Shown piece after piece: positions 29,369 to 38,661 of a DNA stretch of 64,000 nucleotides. The notes beneath the pieces are model-generated. The model saw nothing but the letters and a program-made list of their open reading frames with translations, did no database searches and was not told the origin of the DNA. Location: assembly GCA_030041355.1 (NCBI GenBank), contig JASHNZ010000011.1, positions 97,165-161,164 of the forward strand, written 5' to 3'. The DNA is from Nitrososphaerales archaeon (GTDB lineage Archaea; Thermoproteota; Nitrososphaeria; Nitrososphaerales; CADDZS01). Within the stretch, counting starts at the first letter, position 1, and each line of letters starts with the position of its first letter. The position numbers and the translations under genes are program-made.

Positions 29369-29734
29369 TCAACTGTTTGTTGAGGAAGAAATAGCCTTCA
29401 AAGCATCTTCAAGATCCTCTTTCCCCAATCCTTTCAAGCGTCTGGCATCGCGTCTGAAGATTTGTTTTCCGTTTAGGAAAACTAGAATTGTGGGAACTAG
29501 GTTAACATTGAAAGTATCCCAGAGCGAACCGTCACCACTTTCGATATTGACTACTTCGAGCTCACTGGATGGAGCTGAGAGCAAGTTTGATTTGAGATCA
29601 AAGTCGGAGGCCATATTCAAAAAGCGACGGCAATAGCCGCACCACTCTGCGGCAAATAGCACTAGTCTAGGAGTCGAAGACGTCAAGATTTGACTTTCGA
29701 ATTCATCCTTCTCAATCCATTGCCTTGTTTTCAC
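29369..29734 (-). CDS. Thioredoxin-like protein
   Basis: 121 aa with a W-C-G-Y-C active site (AAEWCGYCRRF) in a thioredoxin-fold context. Confidence 0.7.
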   Translation of the reverse strand: MKTRQWIEKDEFESQILTSSTPRLVLFAAEWCGYCRRFLNMASDFDLKSNLLSAPSSELEVVNIESGDGSLWDTFNVNLVPTILVFLNGKQIFRRDARRLKGLGKEDLEDALKAISSSTNS

Positions 29735-29843
29735 TTTCGTCGCCGAAACTCAGATCAGCATAGAGAGATAAAGAATTTGCTTGCAGGTTCGTCGCCTGAA
29801 CAGCCTTATAATGCAAGAAGAATTGGATTTGTAGCAGAATTTC

Positions 29844-30242
29844 TTGACTCAAATGAGCGGGGTCCCAGAATTCCGAGACACGGCGTCCTATCCCGAACAA
29901 GCCTCTCAGCCTGCTTCAAGCGTTCCTTCTAAGGAGGCGCAGCGGCAAGAAAAAAGAAAGAGATATTGGGATACAAGATTTGCAATTACAAACGCTATCC
30001 TAGCTTTTCTCGGGTTACTTGCTGCCTATCTCCAATACTCGGTCTATCCTTCAATAATGGTTGACCAATTCAGCGAGTGTAACCCAAGTTTGCATCTTTC
30101 ATTTCTGACTTATACATGGAATGCGTACAGGTGCCTATCTAGCACATACGTGCCGGGCCTACCGTCGTTTGATTTTGCCCAGCTTTTTCTCATAATTGTA
30201 GTACTTACGCAGCTTTATCATTTCGTCAAGCTCAAAAGATAA
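29844..30242 (+). CDS. Hypothetical membrane protein
   Basis: 132 aa, 2-3 predicted TM helices. Confidence 0.3.
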   Translation: MTQMSGVPEFRDTASYPEQASQPASSVPSKEAQRQEKRKRYWDTRFAITNAILAFLGLLAAYLQYSVYPSIMVDQFSECNPSLHLSFLTYTWNAYRCLSSTYVPGLPSFDFAQLFLIIVVLTQLYHFVKLKR

Positions 30243-30322
30243 GTAGCGCGTAGTTACCCAGCTTTTGGCTTTTTGGGTATAGTTGCATAGTTCATATAAC
30301 AGAACTGTTAGTTGCTTGGAAG

Positions 30323-30697
30323 ATGACCCAGAAGCCAGAAGGAGGAAAACGCTTTGTTTCGGTCCAGTCTGTAATTGAGGATCGAATCTTTACAGTTGAC
30401 CTTCTTCGGTTGAGCAATGGCTGCTTTGCAAACGTCGCTGAGGGCGCGAATCCAAGGCTAGGGGCCATCACCATCTCTATCAAGTCCCAGCAGGGAGTGA
30501 ACTCTTCTACGTTGATCCCAGACCCGAGAGGAGGAATTTTCTCTCGAACATTAGGCGAGCTTATTACTGAAAGGACTGAAGGAATTGCCATTATCTCCCT
30601 TTATCTGCGAGCGGAAATCGATTCCGAAATTACCAAATTGCTTCTGGCGCAGGTTTCCAAATTGTTAGCTGAGATCGATGGTAAGACCTCCAGTTGA
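30323..30697 (+). CDS. Hypothetical protein
   Basis: 124 aa ORF, no motif. Confidence 0.3.
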   Translation: MTQKPEGGKRFVSVQSVIEDRIFTVDLLRLSNGCFANVAEGANPRLGAITISIKSQQGVNSSTLIPDPRGGIFSRTLGELITERTEGIAIISLYLRAEIDSEITKLLLAQVSKLLAEIDGKTSS

Positions 30698-30811
30698 CTC
30701 CCTCGTGAAACCAATTCAGTACTGGAATCGGAGCTGCGCTATAATGCAGGGCAAGCCTATGCTATTTCCGGGCGAGGTGGACTTTCCAATTCAGGTGACT
30801 AAGCAGCGGAA

Positions 30812-33190
30812 CTAACTCTTCGGTTTCGGTTGAGGCTTATTCTGGTTGGTGCTCTGATCTGTAACCCGACCCGCGGATGTGACAGAAGCCACTTGATTTG
30901 TGGGAGTCGTGTTTTGAATTGAGGTTGATGACTCCTTGTTCTCCGACGTCTGGGGAGCCGATATGGGAACAACTTTCTTTACGTCTATGGCACCAGGAAG
31001 CTTTTCGCTCACGGCAGACTGATTTCTGATGGAAGAAATCGAGCTAGTCATCGAAGAGGCATCAGGTAAGGAAAAGTCAGTTGGTGGGCTTCCCTCGGAA
31101 TTGTTATTTGGCGGAGTTGTTTGTGATCCTTCGTCCATTTTTTGATAGGGAGCTATCGGTGGTGATGGCTTGTTCATCATATTAGCGAGCCAACCGGTAA
31201 ACATCATACTTCCGACCTCCTGTCCACTTGCTCCACTCATGACCACGGTCTCGGGAACCAGCCTGGTGCTGGAGTTCTTTATTTCGTCAAGAGACTTGAT
31301 CAGCGCAATCTTGTCCCCCCCGAGGACGTCCGCCTGTGCATGATAGGCGTCTGCTTGAGCTTCTCCAACTTTGCGTATTGCGGCTGCCTCACCGTCTGCC
31401 AAATTCTTTTGATAGTCTCTTAGTCCTTCTGACTGTCTCCTCACCGCCTCCGCCTTGTTTCGCTCGATGTCGATTTGAAGAATCGCGTTCACGACTTGAG
31501 GCTGCATATTAGCCCTAGCGGTCTGTTCTTGGACGGCTATTCTTTGTTGTTCCGCTTTTGCTTGTTCTTGAAACTGGCTTTGTTGTTGAAGAGCAATTTG
31601 TTTCAGATTCTGAGTATTGAGAAGTGCCTCTCCTTGCTCATTAGAGGGGCGGATGAAAGAAATCAAAAGAGCTTGCGCTTCGACGTGATATTTGCCAAAG
31701 TTCTCCCTTGCGTTCTCGAAGACATATTTCTGAAGATCCGTCCTTGTCTGAAAGAAGTTGAGCGCTTCTTTGTCTCCTGCATCATTTCTGAATGAAGAGT
31801 CGATCAATGGATGGACGATTTGCTGAATGAGGTTGAACACAGTTCCGAATCTGGCTATGACGAAAGCTGCGTTTTCCTGCCTGATCCTGATCACCATCCT
31901 CACTCCAACTTCAAGAAGGAAGCCGTCCTTTGTGATCACTTCCAGCTGACTGAAATTGAAATAGGACACACCTTTCGTGCTCAAGTCCGTTGTGTAGGCA
32001 TAATCTGTAGGATTCGCTACGGAATCTGCCGCCGTTGTCCTAGTCCGGGTAGTGACTGCAGGTCCTGCCATTGTTGGGGCGTTGATCTTGCTCGAATCTG
32101 CCCAGTCAATCATAATTGCACTTGTCGGAACAGCGTAGGCAGTATATGCGATCGTGTTGAGGTTATATGTTCCGGGAGCTAGCGGAGTCTCGTAGATGCC
32201 TCTCTCCGTCATGTCTTCGATCAGAACTGTTTCGACGTCCGAACTGATTCTTTCGCCGGTATCTGCTCCAACAACCTGATTTTGTAAATCTCCGCTTATC
32301 AATTGTCGACCCGTCCGCTCATCAAACATGGGTACCAAGGCTGGTGTTGCATTGGGCTTATGAAGTTCAGGGCCTACATTGGATCTCAACACAGCCACAA
32401 AACCGGGCTCCACCTCATACTTAGCCAAAACTGTTACTTTGAAAAGCAGGTCGTTGATGAAATACTTCCCCGGTTGGAGGGTATCGAGCTGGGGCCCTCT
32501 GTATCCGCCGCTATCAATGAACGCTTGCCCATCTTGGAAGTGTTTGTGGCCTCGAGCCATCGGAAATTTATCATTGGCTGATTCCGTACATTGTGGCGCG
32601 ATGATGTAATTCGAGGGAAGCGGGATTCCGTCTTGAGCTATCACGATGCCAGTGCTATTTGCATCAATAACAATAGTGGCTTTGATTACGACTTTGAACA
32701 ACAGGGGGTTGATTCTGTAGCTTCCAGGTGTCAAGACGCCAACTTGCTGACCTTTCTTACCGTGATTTGCGAGGAAGCCCTCCCCATCTTGGAATCTGTT
32801 ACACTCTACCTCATCCCCGGTAAATCTTCCCGGAAGTAGAGGTTCACCGTCTATTGCTTCGATTGTTCCAACTTGATCGGGTCCTATTTCAGTAATGTCG
32901 AACTTTCGGACCGACCAAAAGAGAGGGATTCGCCAATAGAGACCTGGCTGAAGCGTCCCAGCCTGAATGCCAATCTGGCCTTGTCTTGCAATAATTTGTC
33001 CCGGCGGCATTCTCTGCCCGCCGAATTTCTTTGTTAGTACTCCGACTTGATTCGCTTTGATCAGGAACAGGCCCCTACCGACAAAAACGTAAACCAGTAT
33101 CAATGCGAGAATTACGAGAAAGAGTAACAGGTCTATTGTTGCAGGGGATACTGAGCTCGTCGCAAGTATTCCTGTTTGAAAATTGTACAT
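30812..33190 (-). CDS. Flotillin/SPFH (band-7)-domain membrane protein, unusually long (792 aa)
   Basis: N-terminal TM, SPFH-like core, and a Gln/Ala-rich coiled-coil (QQQSQFQEQAKAEQQRIAVQEQTARAN) typical of flotillin/YqiK. Three copies of an LxPGxY.IN.LLFKV beta-module. S/T/N/P-rich C-terminal tail. Confidence 0.7.
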   Translation of the reverse strand: MYNFQTGILATSSVSPATIDLLLFLVILALILVYVFVGRGLFLIKANQVGVLTKKFGGQRMPPGQIIARQGQIGIQAGTLQPGLYWRIPLFWSVRKFDITEIGPDQVGTIEAIDGEPLLPGRFTGDEVECNRFQDGEGFLANHGKKGQQVGVLTPGSYRINPLLFKVVIKATIVIDANSTGIVIAQDGIPLPSNYIIAPQCTESANDKFPMARGHKHFQDGQAFIDSGGYRGPQLDTLQPGKYFINDLLFKVTVLAKYEVEPGFVAVLRSNVGPELHKPNATPALVPMFDERTGRQLISGDLQNQVVGADTGERISSDVETVLIEDMTERGIYETPLAPGTYNLNTIAYTAYAVPTSAIMIDWADSSKINAPTMAGPAVTTRTRTTAADSVANPTDYAYTTDLSTKGVSYFNFSQLEVITKDGFLLEVGVRMVIRIRQENAAFVIARFGTVFNLIQQIVHPLIDSSFRNDAGDKEALNFFQTRTDLQKYVFENARENFGKYHVEAQALLISFIRPSNEQGEALLNTQNLKQIALQQQSQFQEQAKAEQQRIAVQEQTARANMQPQVVNAILQIDIERNKAEAVRRQSEGLRDYQKNLADGEAAAIRKVGEAQADAYHAQADVLGGDKIALIKSLDEIKNSSTRLVPETVVMSGASGQEVGSMMFTGWLANMMNKPSPPIAPYQKMDEGSQTTPPNNNSEGSPPTDFSLPDASSMTSSISSIRNQSAVSEKLPGAIDVKKVVPISAPQTSENKESSTSIQNTTPTNQVASVTSAGRVTDQSTNQNKPQPKPKS

Positions 33191-33569
33191 TTTATTCGAT
33201 TTTCGCCCTATCTAATTTTCCATTTTTAGCAAGTGCTCATTTCTTCAGCGAATGACTGGTCGCAATTTTGAAGACAAAGGAGTTACATTAACGCCTTTTG
33301 GGACGATTATTCTGATTATATAAAGTGAAGAGAGCCGTAGAGCTGTACTTTGCTGTAATAGCCCCTAGCTAAATGATTCGTGACTATACTGACAGCGATT
33401 TGTTTCATTCAATTGAATTTGGCGAAGCTATCGCTTCCCAAGCTTAAGAAAATGGAGATCTGGATTTCACCGGTTTGTTGCATTCTTTCATTAGGTCAAT
33501 TTCGTTTTAGAGAGAAAATACTCTTAAACGAATTTCGCGGCCTTCTTTTTGACGGATTGATCTTTTGAA

Positions 33570-34898
33570 TTGAAGGATTTTCTAAGAGAGCTGGATCAGA
33601 AAGGAAAACTGAAGAGAGTGTCTAAGGAACTATCCACAGATCTCGAGATCTCCTCCGTTCTGTTTGCTCTTCAAGATCAGGCAATGTTGTTTGAGAGAGT
33701 CAGCGAGAGCCATCTCAGTGCTGCCGGAAATATCTATGCAACTCCTGAGTTGATGAAACTCGGATTGGACATCCCTCAAGGTCAGGAACTGGCGGAATTT
33801 GCGGGCAATTCAATTGCAGCTCCGGCATCCATTAAGGGTCATGTGTCCAGTTTTGACAATTCTGCTTGGGACTATAATGTACAAGCAGATCTGAAGGAGC
33901 TCCCGATATTGAAGCATTATGACAAGGAGGCTGGAAATTACATCACGGCGGGGATTGTCGCGGCAAAATTTCCTGGAACAGATCTGGAGAATCTTTCCTT
34001 CCATAGGATGCTCGTCCTATCCAAGAATAAATTGGCAGCTAGGATTGTGCCTAGACATTTAGATCAAATCGCAAGGGAAATGGATCGACAAAAGGTTCCC
34101 GTAAGCATTGTAATCGGGCCGCCCCCAGCCGTGTTTCTAGCAGCCTCATTACAAACTGAGTATGGATTAAGCGAATACAAAATCGCGAACAAGATGATGG
34201 ACCAAAAGTTGGAGCTTAACACGTCTGAGCTCAACGATATTGCCGTCCCAACCGATTCTGAAATTGTATTGGAGGGATATTTGGATTATCAGGAGCTTAC
34301 GAAAGAGGGCCCCTTTGTTGATCTGACTGGAACCTATGACGACATCCGCGAGCAACCCGTGATTACTATTCAGCGAATGCATTACAGAAAGGATTCTGTT
34401 TATCAAATCGTTCTTGCAGGTTCGAAAGAGCATGCCCTGTTCATGGGACTCCCCCAGGAGCTAAAGATTAGAAACGTCCTTTCCAGGTCAATTCCGAAAA
34501 TCCGCGGCATTAACTTAACGCCTTCAGGCAATGGATATTTTCATTGCGTCGTTAGCATCGAAAAGGCGAATGACGGCGATGGCAAGACAGCCATAATGAA
34601 TTGCCTTGCAAGCTCACACCCGTTGAAGCTTGTCATCGCCGTGGATATTGATGTAGATCCCTTCAATCTTTCCGACGTGGAGTGGGCTCTGGCGACAAGG
34701 TTTCAAGCCGATCGGGGACTGGTCCAAGTTAATGGTGCGAGGGGATCGAGCCTCGATCCTTCAAGTGGAAAATCAGCTGTTACAAGCAAACTTGGTCTGG
34801 ACGCCACATTGCCGTTAAAGGGAGACAAGAGCAAGTTCGAAAGGGCGAAGATCACTCTGAGTCCTGTTGCGGCATCCGTGATCTCAGCTGCCAGCTGA
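33570..34898 (+). CDS. UbiD-family decarboxylase; candidate trans-anhydromevalonate-5-phosphate decarboxylase
   Basis: 442 aa UbiD-like. It sits immediately upstream of the AcnX large and small subunit genes. Confidence 0.7.
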   Translation: MKDFLRELDQKGKLKRVSKELSTDLEISSVLFALQDQAMLFERVSESHLSAAGNIYATPELMKLGLDIPQGQELAEFAGNSIAAPASIKGHVSSFDNSAWDYNVQADLKELPILKHYDKEAGNYITAGIVAAKFPGTDLENLSFHRMLVLSKNKLAARIVPRHLDQIAREMDRQKVPVSIVIGPPPAVFLAASLQTEYGLSEYKIANKMMDQKLELNTSELNDIAVPTDSEIVLEGYLDYQELTKEGPFVDLTGTYDDIREQPVITIQRMHYRKDSVYQIVLAGSKEHALFMGLPQELKIRNVLSRSIPKIRGINLTPSGNGYFHCVVSIEKANDGDGKTAIMNCLASSHPLKLVIAVDIDVDPFNLSDVEWALATRFQADRGLVQVNGARGSSLDPSSGKSAVTSKLGLDATLPLKGDKSKFERAKITLSPVAASVISAAS

Positions 34899-34941
34899 TA
34901 GCCTAAAGTCTCTGACAATCAAGGAATGCTGATGCGGCAGT

Positions 34942-36120
34942 TTGTATCTTACTCAGAGTGAAGAAAAGGCTCTTGCGGGAGAGTACGGCGAACCACTCGA
35001 AATTGCATACAGAGTTCTCCTGGCAATCGGAAGACTCGGGAACGCTGAGAGGTTAATTCCGATCAAGTGGGCTCACGTTTCCGGAGTTTCATACCTCACA
35101 ATTGGCGATTATGGGTCAGACTTTCTCCAAAGAATCAGCAAAATAAAGGGTACAAAGTTCAAAGTCTTCACGACCGTAAATCCGTGTGGGATGGACGTAG
35201 AAAATTGGGATCGCCTTGAAATACCGCCGGAGTACGCAGAGAAACAACTCAAAATCATCAGCGCTTATCAGAAGCTAGGAATCGCAAATTCATTCACATG
35301 TGTGCCATTTCAATCCTATCCGGTGCCTGCCAAAGGAACTCATGTTTCATGGGCTGAATCCTCAGCAGCTATTTACGCAAACTCCATTCTTAATCTAAGA
35401 ACAAACAGAGAAAGTGCCGTCAGCGCTCTGGCAAGCGCATTGACAGGAAAGACGGTCTACTCCGATCTTCACATAGACGCAAACCGGAAACCCAAATTCG
35501 CAATCAGAGTAAAGTTTTCCAGTAGGAGGCGTTTGATTGGATCTGTCGATTACGGCATTCTAGGATATTTTGCGGGAAAGGTTACGGGAGGAGTAATTGA
35601 GTTTCAAGGTATTAATTCCGGCATGAACCTAAGTGAATCAAAGGCTCTGTGTGCCGCAGTCGGAACGGTTGGTAGCTCTGGCATGTTCACGTTTGGCCGC
35701 TCAAAGGATCTTGAGTGCATGGACTTTACGGAAAAGGAGTATTCGAACACTTTTGAGGAAATCTCAGATGCCAAGGATGGTGACGCTATCGTCTTCGGAT
35801 GCCCTCAAATGACAATAGAAGAGCTTTATCAGTTGAGCAAAGATTTGATCGGAAAACACTTCAAAAAAAGGTGCATCGTATTCTGTTCTTCAAAAGTTTA
35901 CGATCTTGCTAGGTCAAGAGGATATGCGGGCGGCATCGAAAAAGCTGGCGCGACTTTTGTGCGGGACTCATGTGCTGATTTTACGCCACTGATATCTTCG
36001 TTGAAGGTGAGTTCGGTTCTGACAGATTCCGCTAAGGGGGCGCATTATATGAAACGAGTTCACGGGATGAAAATAGCCCTGAAGGACACCAAGACAATTC
36101 TTGAGCAGAATCTGAATTGA
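34942..36120 (+). CDS. Aconitase X catalytic (large) subunit; candidate phosphomevalonate dehydratase large subunit; TTG start
   Basis: 392 aa. The first in-frame start is TTG at 34942 (frame opens at 34933, no ATG or GTG before it). Confidence 0.7.
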   Translation: MYLTQSEEKALAGEYGEPLEIAYRVLLAIGRLGNAERLIPIKWAHVSGVSYLTIGDYGSDFLQRISKIKGTKFKVFTTVNPCGMDVENWDRLEIPPEYAEKQLKIISAYQKLGIANSFTCVPFQSYPVPAKGTHVSWAESSAAIYANSILNLRTNRESAVSALASALTGKTVYSDLHIDANRKPKFAIRVKFSSRRRLIGSVDYGILGYFAGKVTGGVIEFQGINSGMNLSESKALCAAVGTVGSSGMFTFGRSKDLECMDFTEKEYSNTFEEISDAKDGDAIVFGCPQMTIEELYQLSKDLIGKHFKKRCIVFCSSKVYDLARSRGYAGGIEKAGATFVRDSCADFTPLISSLKVSSVLTDSAKGAHYMKRVHGMKIALKDTKTILEQNLN

Positions 36121-36563
36121 AGAACGCCCAAGAACCCAAATCTTTCAATGCTATTCGCCCAAGGATAGCTCGGGTAAGATGCATAGTTGAAGCATCTAGG
36201 GTGATTGAGGGCGAAGTGCTTTTTTCCTCCAGCCCTATTGCATTTCTTCAGGGTGTCGATCCTGAGAAGGGAATCGTGAGTGAGAAGCAACATGAGATCT
36301 ACAACAAACCATTTGCGAACAAAATCCTCGTGTTTCCGAATACAGTCGGCAGCTCTGTAGGGGCGTACGTGATTTATAGATTGAAAGAGAATCGAGTGGC
36401 TCCTAGAGCGATGATCAATCAGGTTTCTGACATCATTACGGCATCTGGCTGTGCGCTATCCGCCATTCCTCTCTTTGACCTCCCCAACAGCAAAATTAGC
36501 GAACTAAGTAAGACGAAAGAAATCAAAATAGAAAAGAACTCGCAGATTATTGTTAGATCATAA
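36117..36563 (+). CDS. Aconitase X swivel (small) subunit; candidate phosphomevalonate dehydratase small subunit
   Basis: 148 aa. ATGA overlap with the large subunit. Confidence 0.65.
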   Translation: MKNAQEPKSFNAIRPRIARVRCIVEASRVIEGEVLFSSSPIAFLQGVDPEKGIVSEKQHEIYNKPFANKILVFPNTVGSSVGAYVIYRLKENRVAPRAMINQVSDIITASGCALSAIPLFDLPNSKISELSKTKEIKIEKNSQIIVRS

Positions 36564-36617
36564 AAGTGAAAGTCGAGTTAGGTCGATGTTGCCCATTCGA
36601 GTAGGATAGAACAAAAC

Positions 36618-36917
36618 GTGCCAAAGAGAAATTCAGTCCTGATTTTCTTTATCGCGGGCGCAATCTTTCTGGTTGTTCCCTTGATTCTGGTGCTTTTCTG
36701 GGATGGTCCTAGTTGCGGCTTCGGGGATAAGTTTTCAGTTGTGCCAAACGACTACTGCCTTTCTCCGCGTCTTCTGAAAAGCTTCGCCTCATTTTTCCCG
36801 TTCCTGATGGTTATAGGAGCGGTTCTGATAGGCTACAACCTAAAGAGAATCTCTGATTCTTATCTTCCACCAAAGGAAGAACCCGACGAAGACAATTCAG
36901 AGATTAGCGAGACATAG
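36618..36917 (+). CDS. Small hypothetical membrane protein
   Basis: 99 aa, 2 TM helices. Confidence 0.3.
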   Translation: MPKRNSVLIFFIAGAIFLVVPLILVLFWDGPSCGFGDKFSVVPNDYCLSPRLLKSFASFFPFLMVIGAVLIGYNLKRISDSYLPPKEEPDEDNSEISET

Positions 36918-36925
36918 AAATTAAC

Positions 36926-37594
36926 ATGGCAGGAACCAATTTTTCACGCAGGTCAATTAGAAAAGGCATATTGAGGATTGAGGCCCTAGTAGTTCCTCCT
37001 TTGGCGAATAATGTGTACATTCTGTATGAGGATGGATCTGACGACGCATTGATTATTGATGTGGCCCAAGGAGCAAATCCGCTGTTTGAGCGAGCAAAGG
37101 AATTAGAAGTAAGACCCTCAATGATAATCAATACGCATGGCCACACTGATCACACCGCAGAGGACGGCCTCCTAAGAAAGATGACTGGAGCGAAGCTAGC
37201 AATACACGAGCTCGACGCGTACAGGCTCGCTTTAGACGATGAAGCTTCTAAAGAATTGGGAATCAAAAAAGAACCAATTGAACCTGACATTCAGCTGACT
37301 AGCGGACAAGAAATCAAGTTTGGAAAACAATGTGTTCTCAAGGTCATTCACACGCCCGGGCATACAGAAGGTTCAATCTGTCTTTACGATGAGAAGGATC
37401 GCCAATTATTGTCGGGAGACACACTATTCCAAGCAGGTTATGGGAGGGTGGACGGAATGGGATCTGATCCCGATACTATGAAATCATCCTTGAAGAAATT
37501 GCTCGAGCTCCCGGGCTCAACAGATGTGTATCCGGGACACGGAGGATTTACAACGATTCAAAGCGAAATGTGGCTGATGGAAATGACCGAGTAA
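36926..37594 (+). CDS. MBL-fold metallo-hydrolase (glyoxalase II-like)
   Basis: Carries HxHxDH (THGHTDHT) and downstream His/Asp ligands (HTPGHTEG, GDTLF). Confidence 0.8.
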   Translation: MAGTNFSRRSIRKGILRIEALVVPPLANNVYILYEDGSDDALIIDVAQGANPLFERAKELEVRPSMIINTHGHTDHTAEDGLLRKMTGAKLAIHELDAYRLALDDEASKELGIKKEPIEPDIQLTSGQEIKFGKQCVLKVIHTPGHTEGSICLYDEKDRQLLSGDTLFQAGYGRVDGMGSDPDTMKSSLKKLLELPGSTDVYPGHGGFTTIQSEMWLMEMTE

Positions 37595-37671
37595 GACTTC
37601 TGCGTGCAGGGTCTTCGGGCTCGCTGATATTCCGCAAACAATTATATCCATTTTGCAAAAACAAATGAGTC

Positions 37672-38661
37672 ATGTTCAGAATAGTCTCTCTTTCTCCGTT
37701 TCCCTCTTCTCTTGTTCGAAGCTTCTTTGCACCTGCCATTTCGAAATTGGGAATCGAAGTGGAGGTTCTCACCGTAAACAAATTTGATATGAGTGTTTTT
37801 CAAAAAGAATTGCCAAACGCGGATTTTGTAATTGGTGATTTCTCTTTCGCGATTCCGATAACCGCACAAATGGCCGACTTGATGCAAAAAGTCAAGTTGA
37901 TTCAACAACCAAGCACCGGATATGATCATATCGATATTGAGGCTTGCAGAAGAGAAGGAATTCCGGTCGCAAACATAGGGGGCGCGAACTCTATTTCCGT
38001 AGCGGAGTACACAATCACGGTCGCCTTGATGCTCGTTAAGAGAATCATCTATTCCCACAACAGACTGCTCCAGGGAACTTGGGCCCAGAGTGAGATGATG
38101 AATGTCCCGGGGGAACTGAACGGAAAGATCTGGGGTGTAATAGGCTTGGGGAGAATAGGAAAAGGGGTAGCATCCAGAGCGAAATCGCTGGGAATGTCGG
38201 TAGTATACTACGACACAGTAAAATTTGGCTCGGACGAGGAAAGCTTAGGTGTTTCGTTTCGCCCACTTTTGAAACTCCTTTCCGAAAGTGACGTAATTTC
38301 TGTTCACACTCCTCTGACAAAGGAGACGACGAAACTCATAGGCGAAAAGGAGCTTCGCATGATGAAGCCCAGCGCTGTTCTTGTGAACCCTGCAAGAGGT
38401 GAAATTGTGGATGAAGAGGCGCTGGCTCGAGCCACTCGTGAAGGCTGGATCGCCGGAGCCGCTGTAGACGTGTTCACCAGGGAGCCTCCGCCCAGAGACC
38501 ATCCGCTAATCATGGCCGCCAAAGAGGGAGCTCCTCTCATCGTAACCTCGCACATCGCCGGCGCAACAAGCGAAACCAGACAAAGGATAATTCAGTTTGC
38601 AATCGAAAACTTGGTTCGCGTTATGACGGGACAGAATGCAGAGAACGTAGTAAATTCATGA
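37672..38661 (+). CDS. D-isomer-specific 2-hydroxyacid dehydrogenase (SerA/GyaR-like)
   Basis: NAD-binding GxGxxG (GVIGLGRIGKG) and a catalytic His in SHIAGAT. Confidence 0.8.
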   Translation: MFRIVSLSPFPSSLVRSFFAPAISKLGIEVEVLTVNKFDMSVFQKELPNADFVIGDFSFAIPITAQMADLMQKVKLIQQPSTGYDHIDIEACRREGIPVANIGGANSISVAEYTITVALMLVKRIIYSHNRLLQGTWAQSEMMNVPGELNGKIWGVIGLGRIGKGVASRAKSLGMSVVYYDTVKFGSDEESLGVSFRPLLKLLSESDVISVHTPLTKETTKLIGEKELRMMKPSAVLVNPARGEIVDEEALARATREGWIAGAAVDVFTREPPPRDHPLIMAAKEGAPLIVTSHIAGATSETRQRIIQFAIENLVRVMTGQNAENVVNS

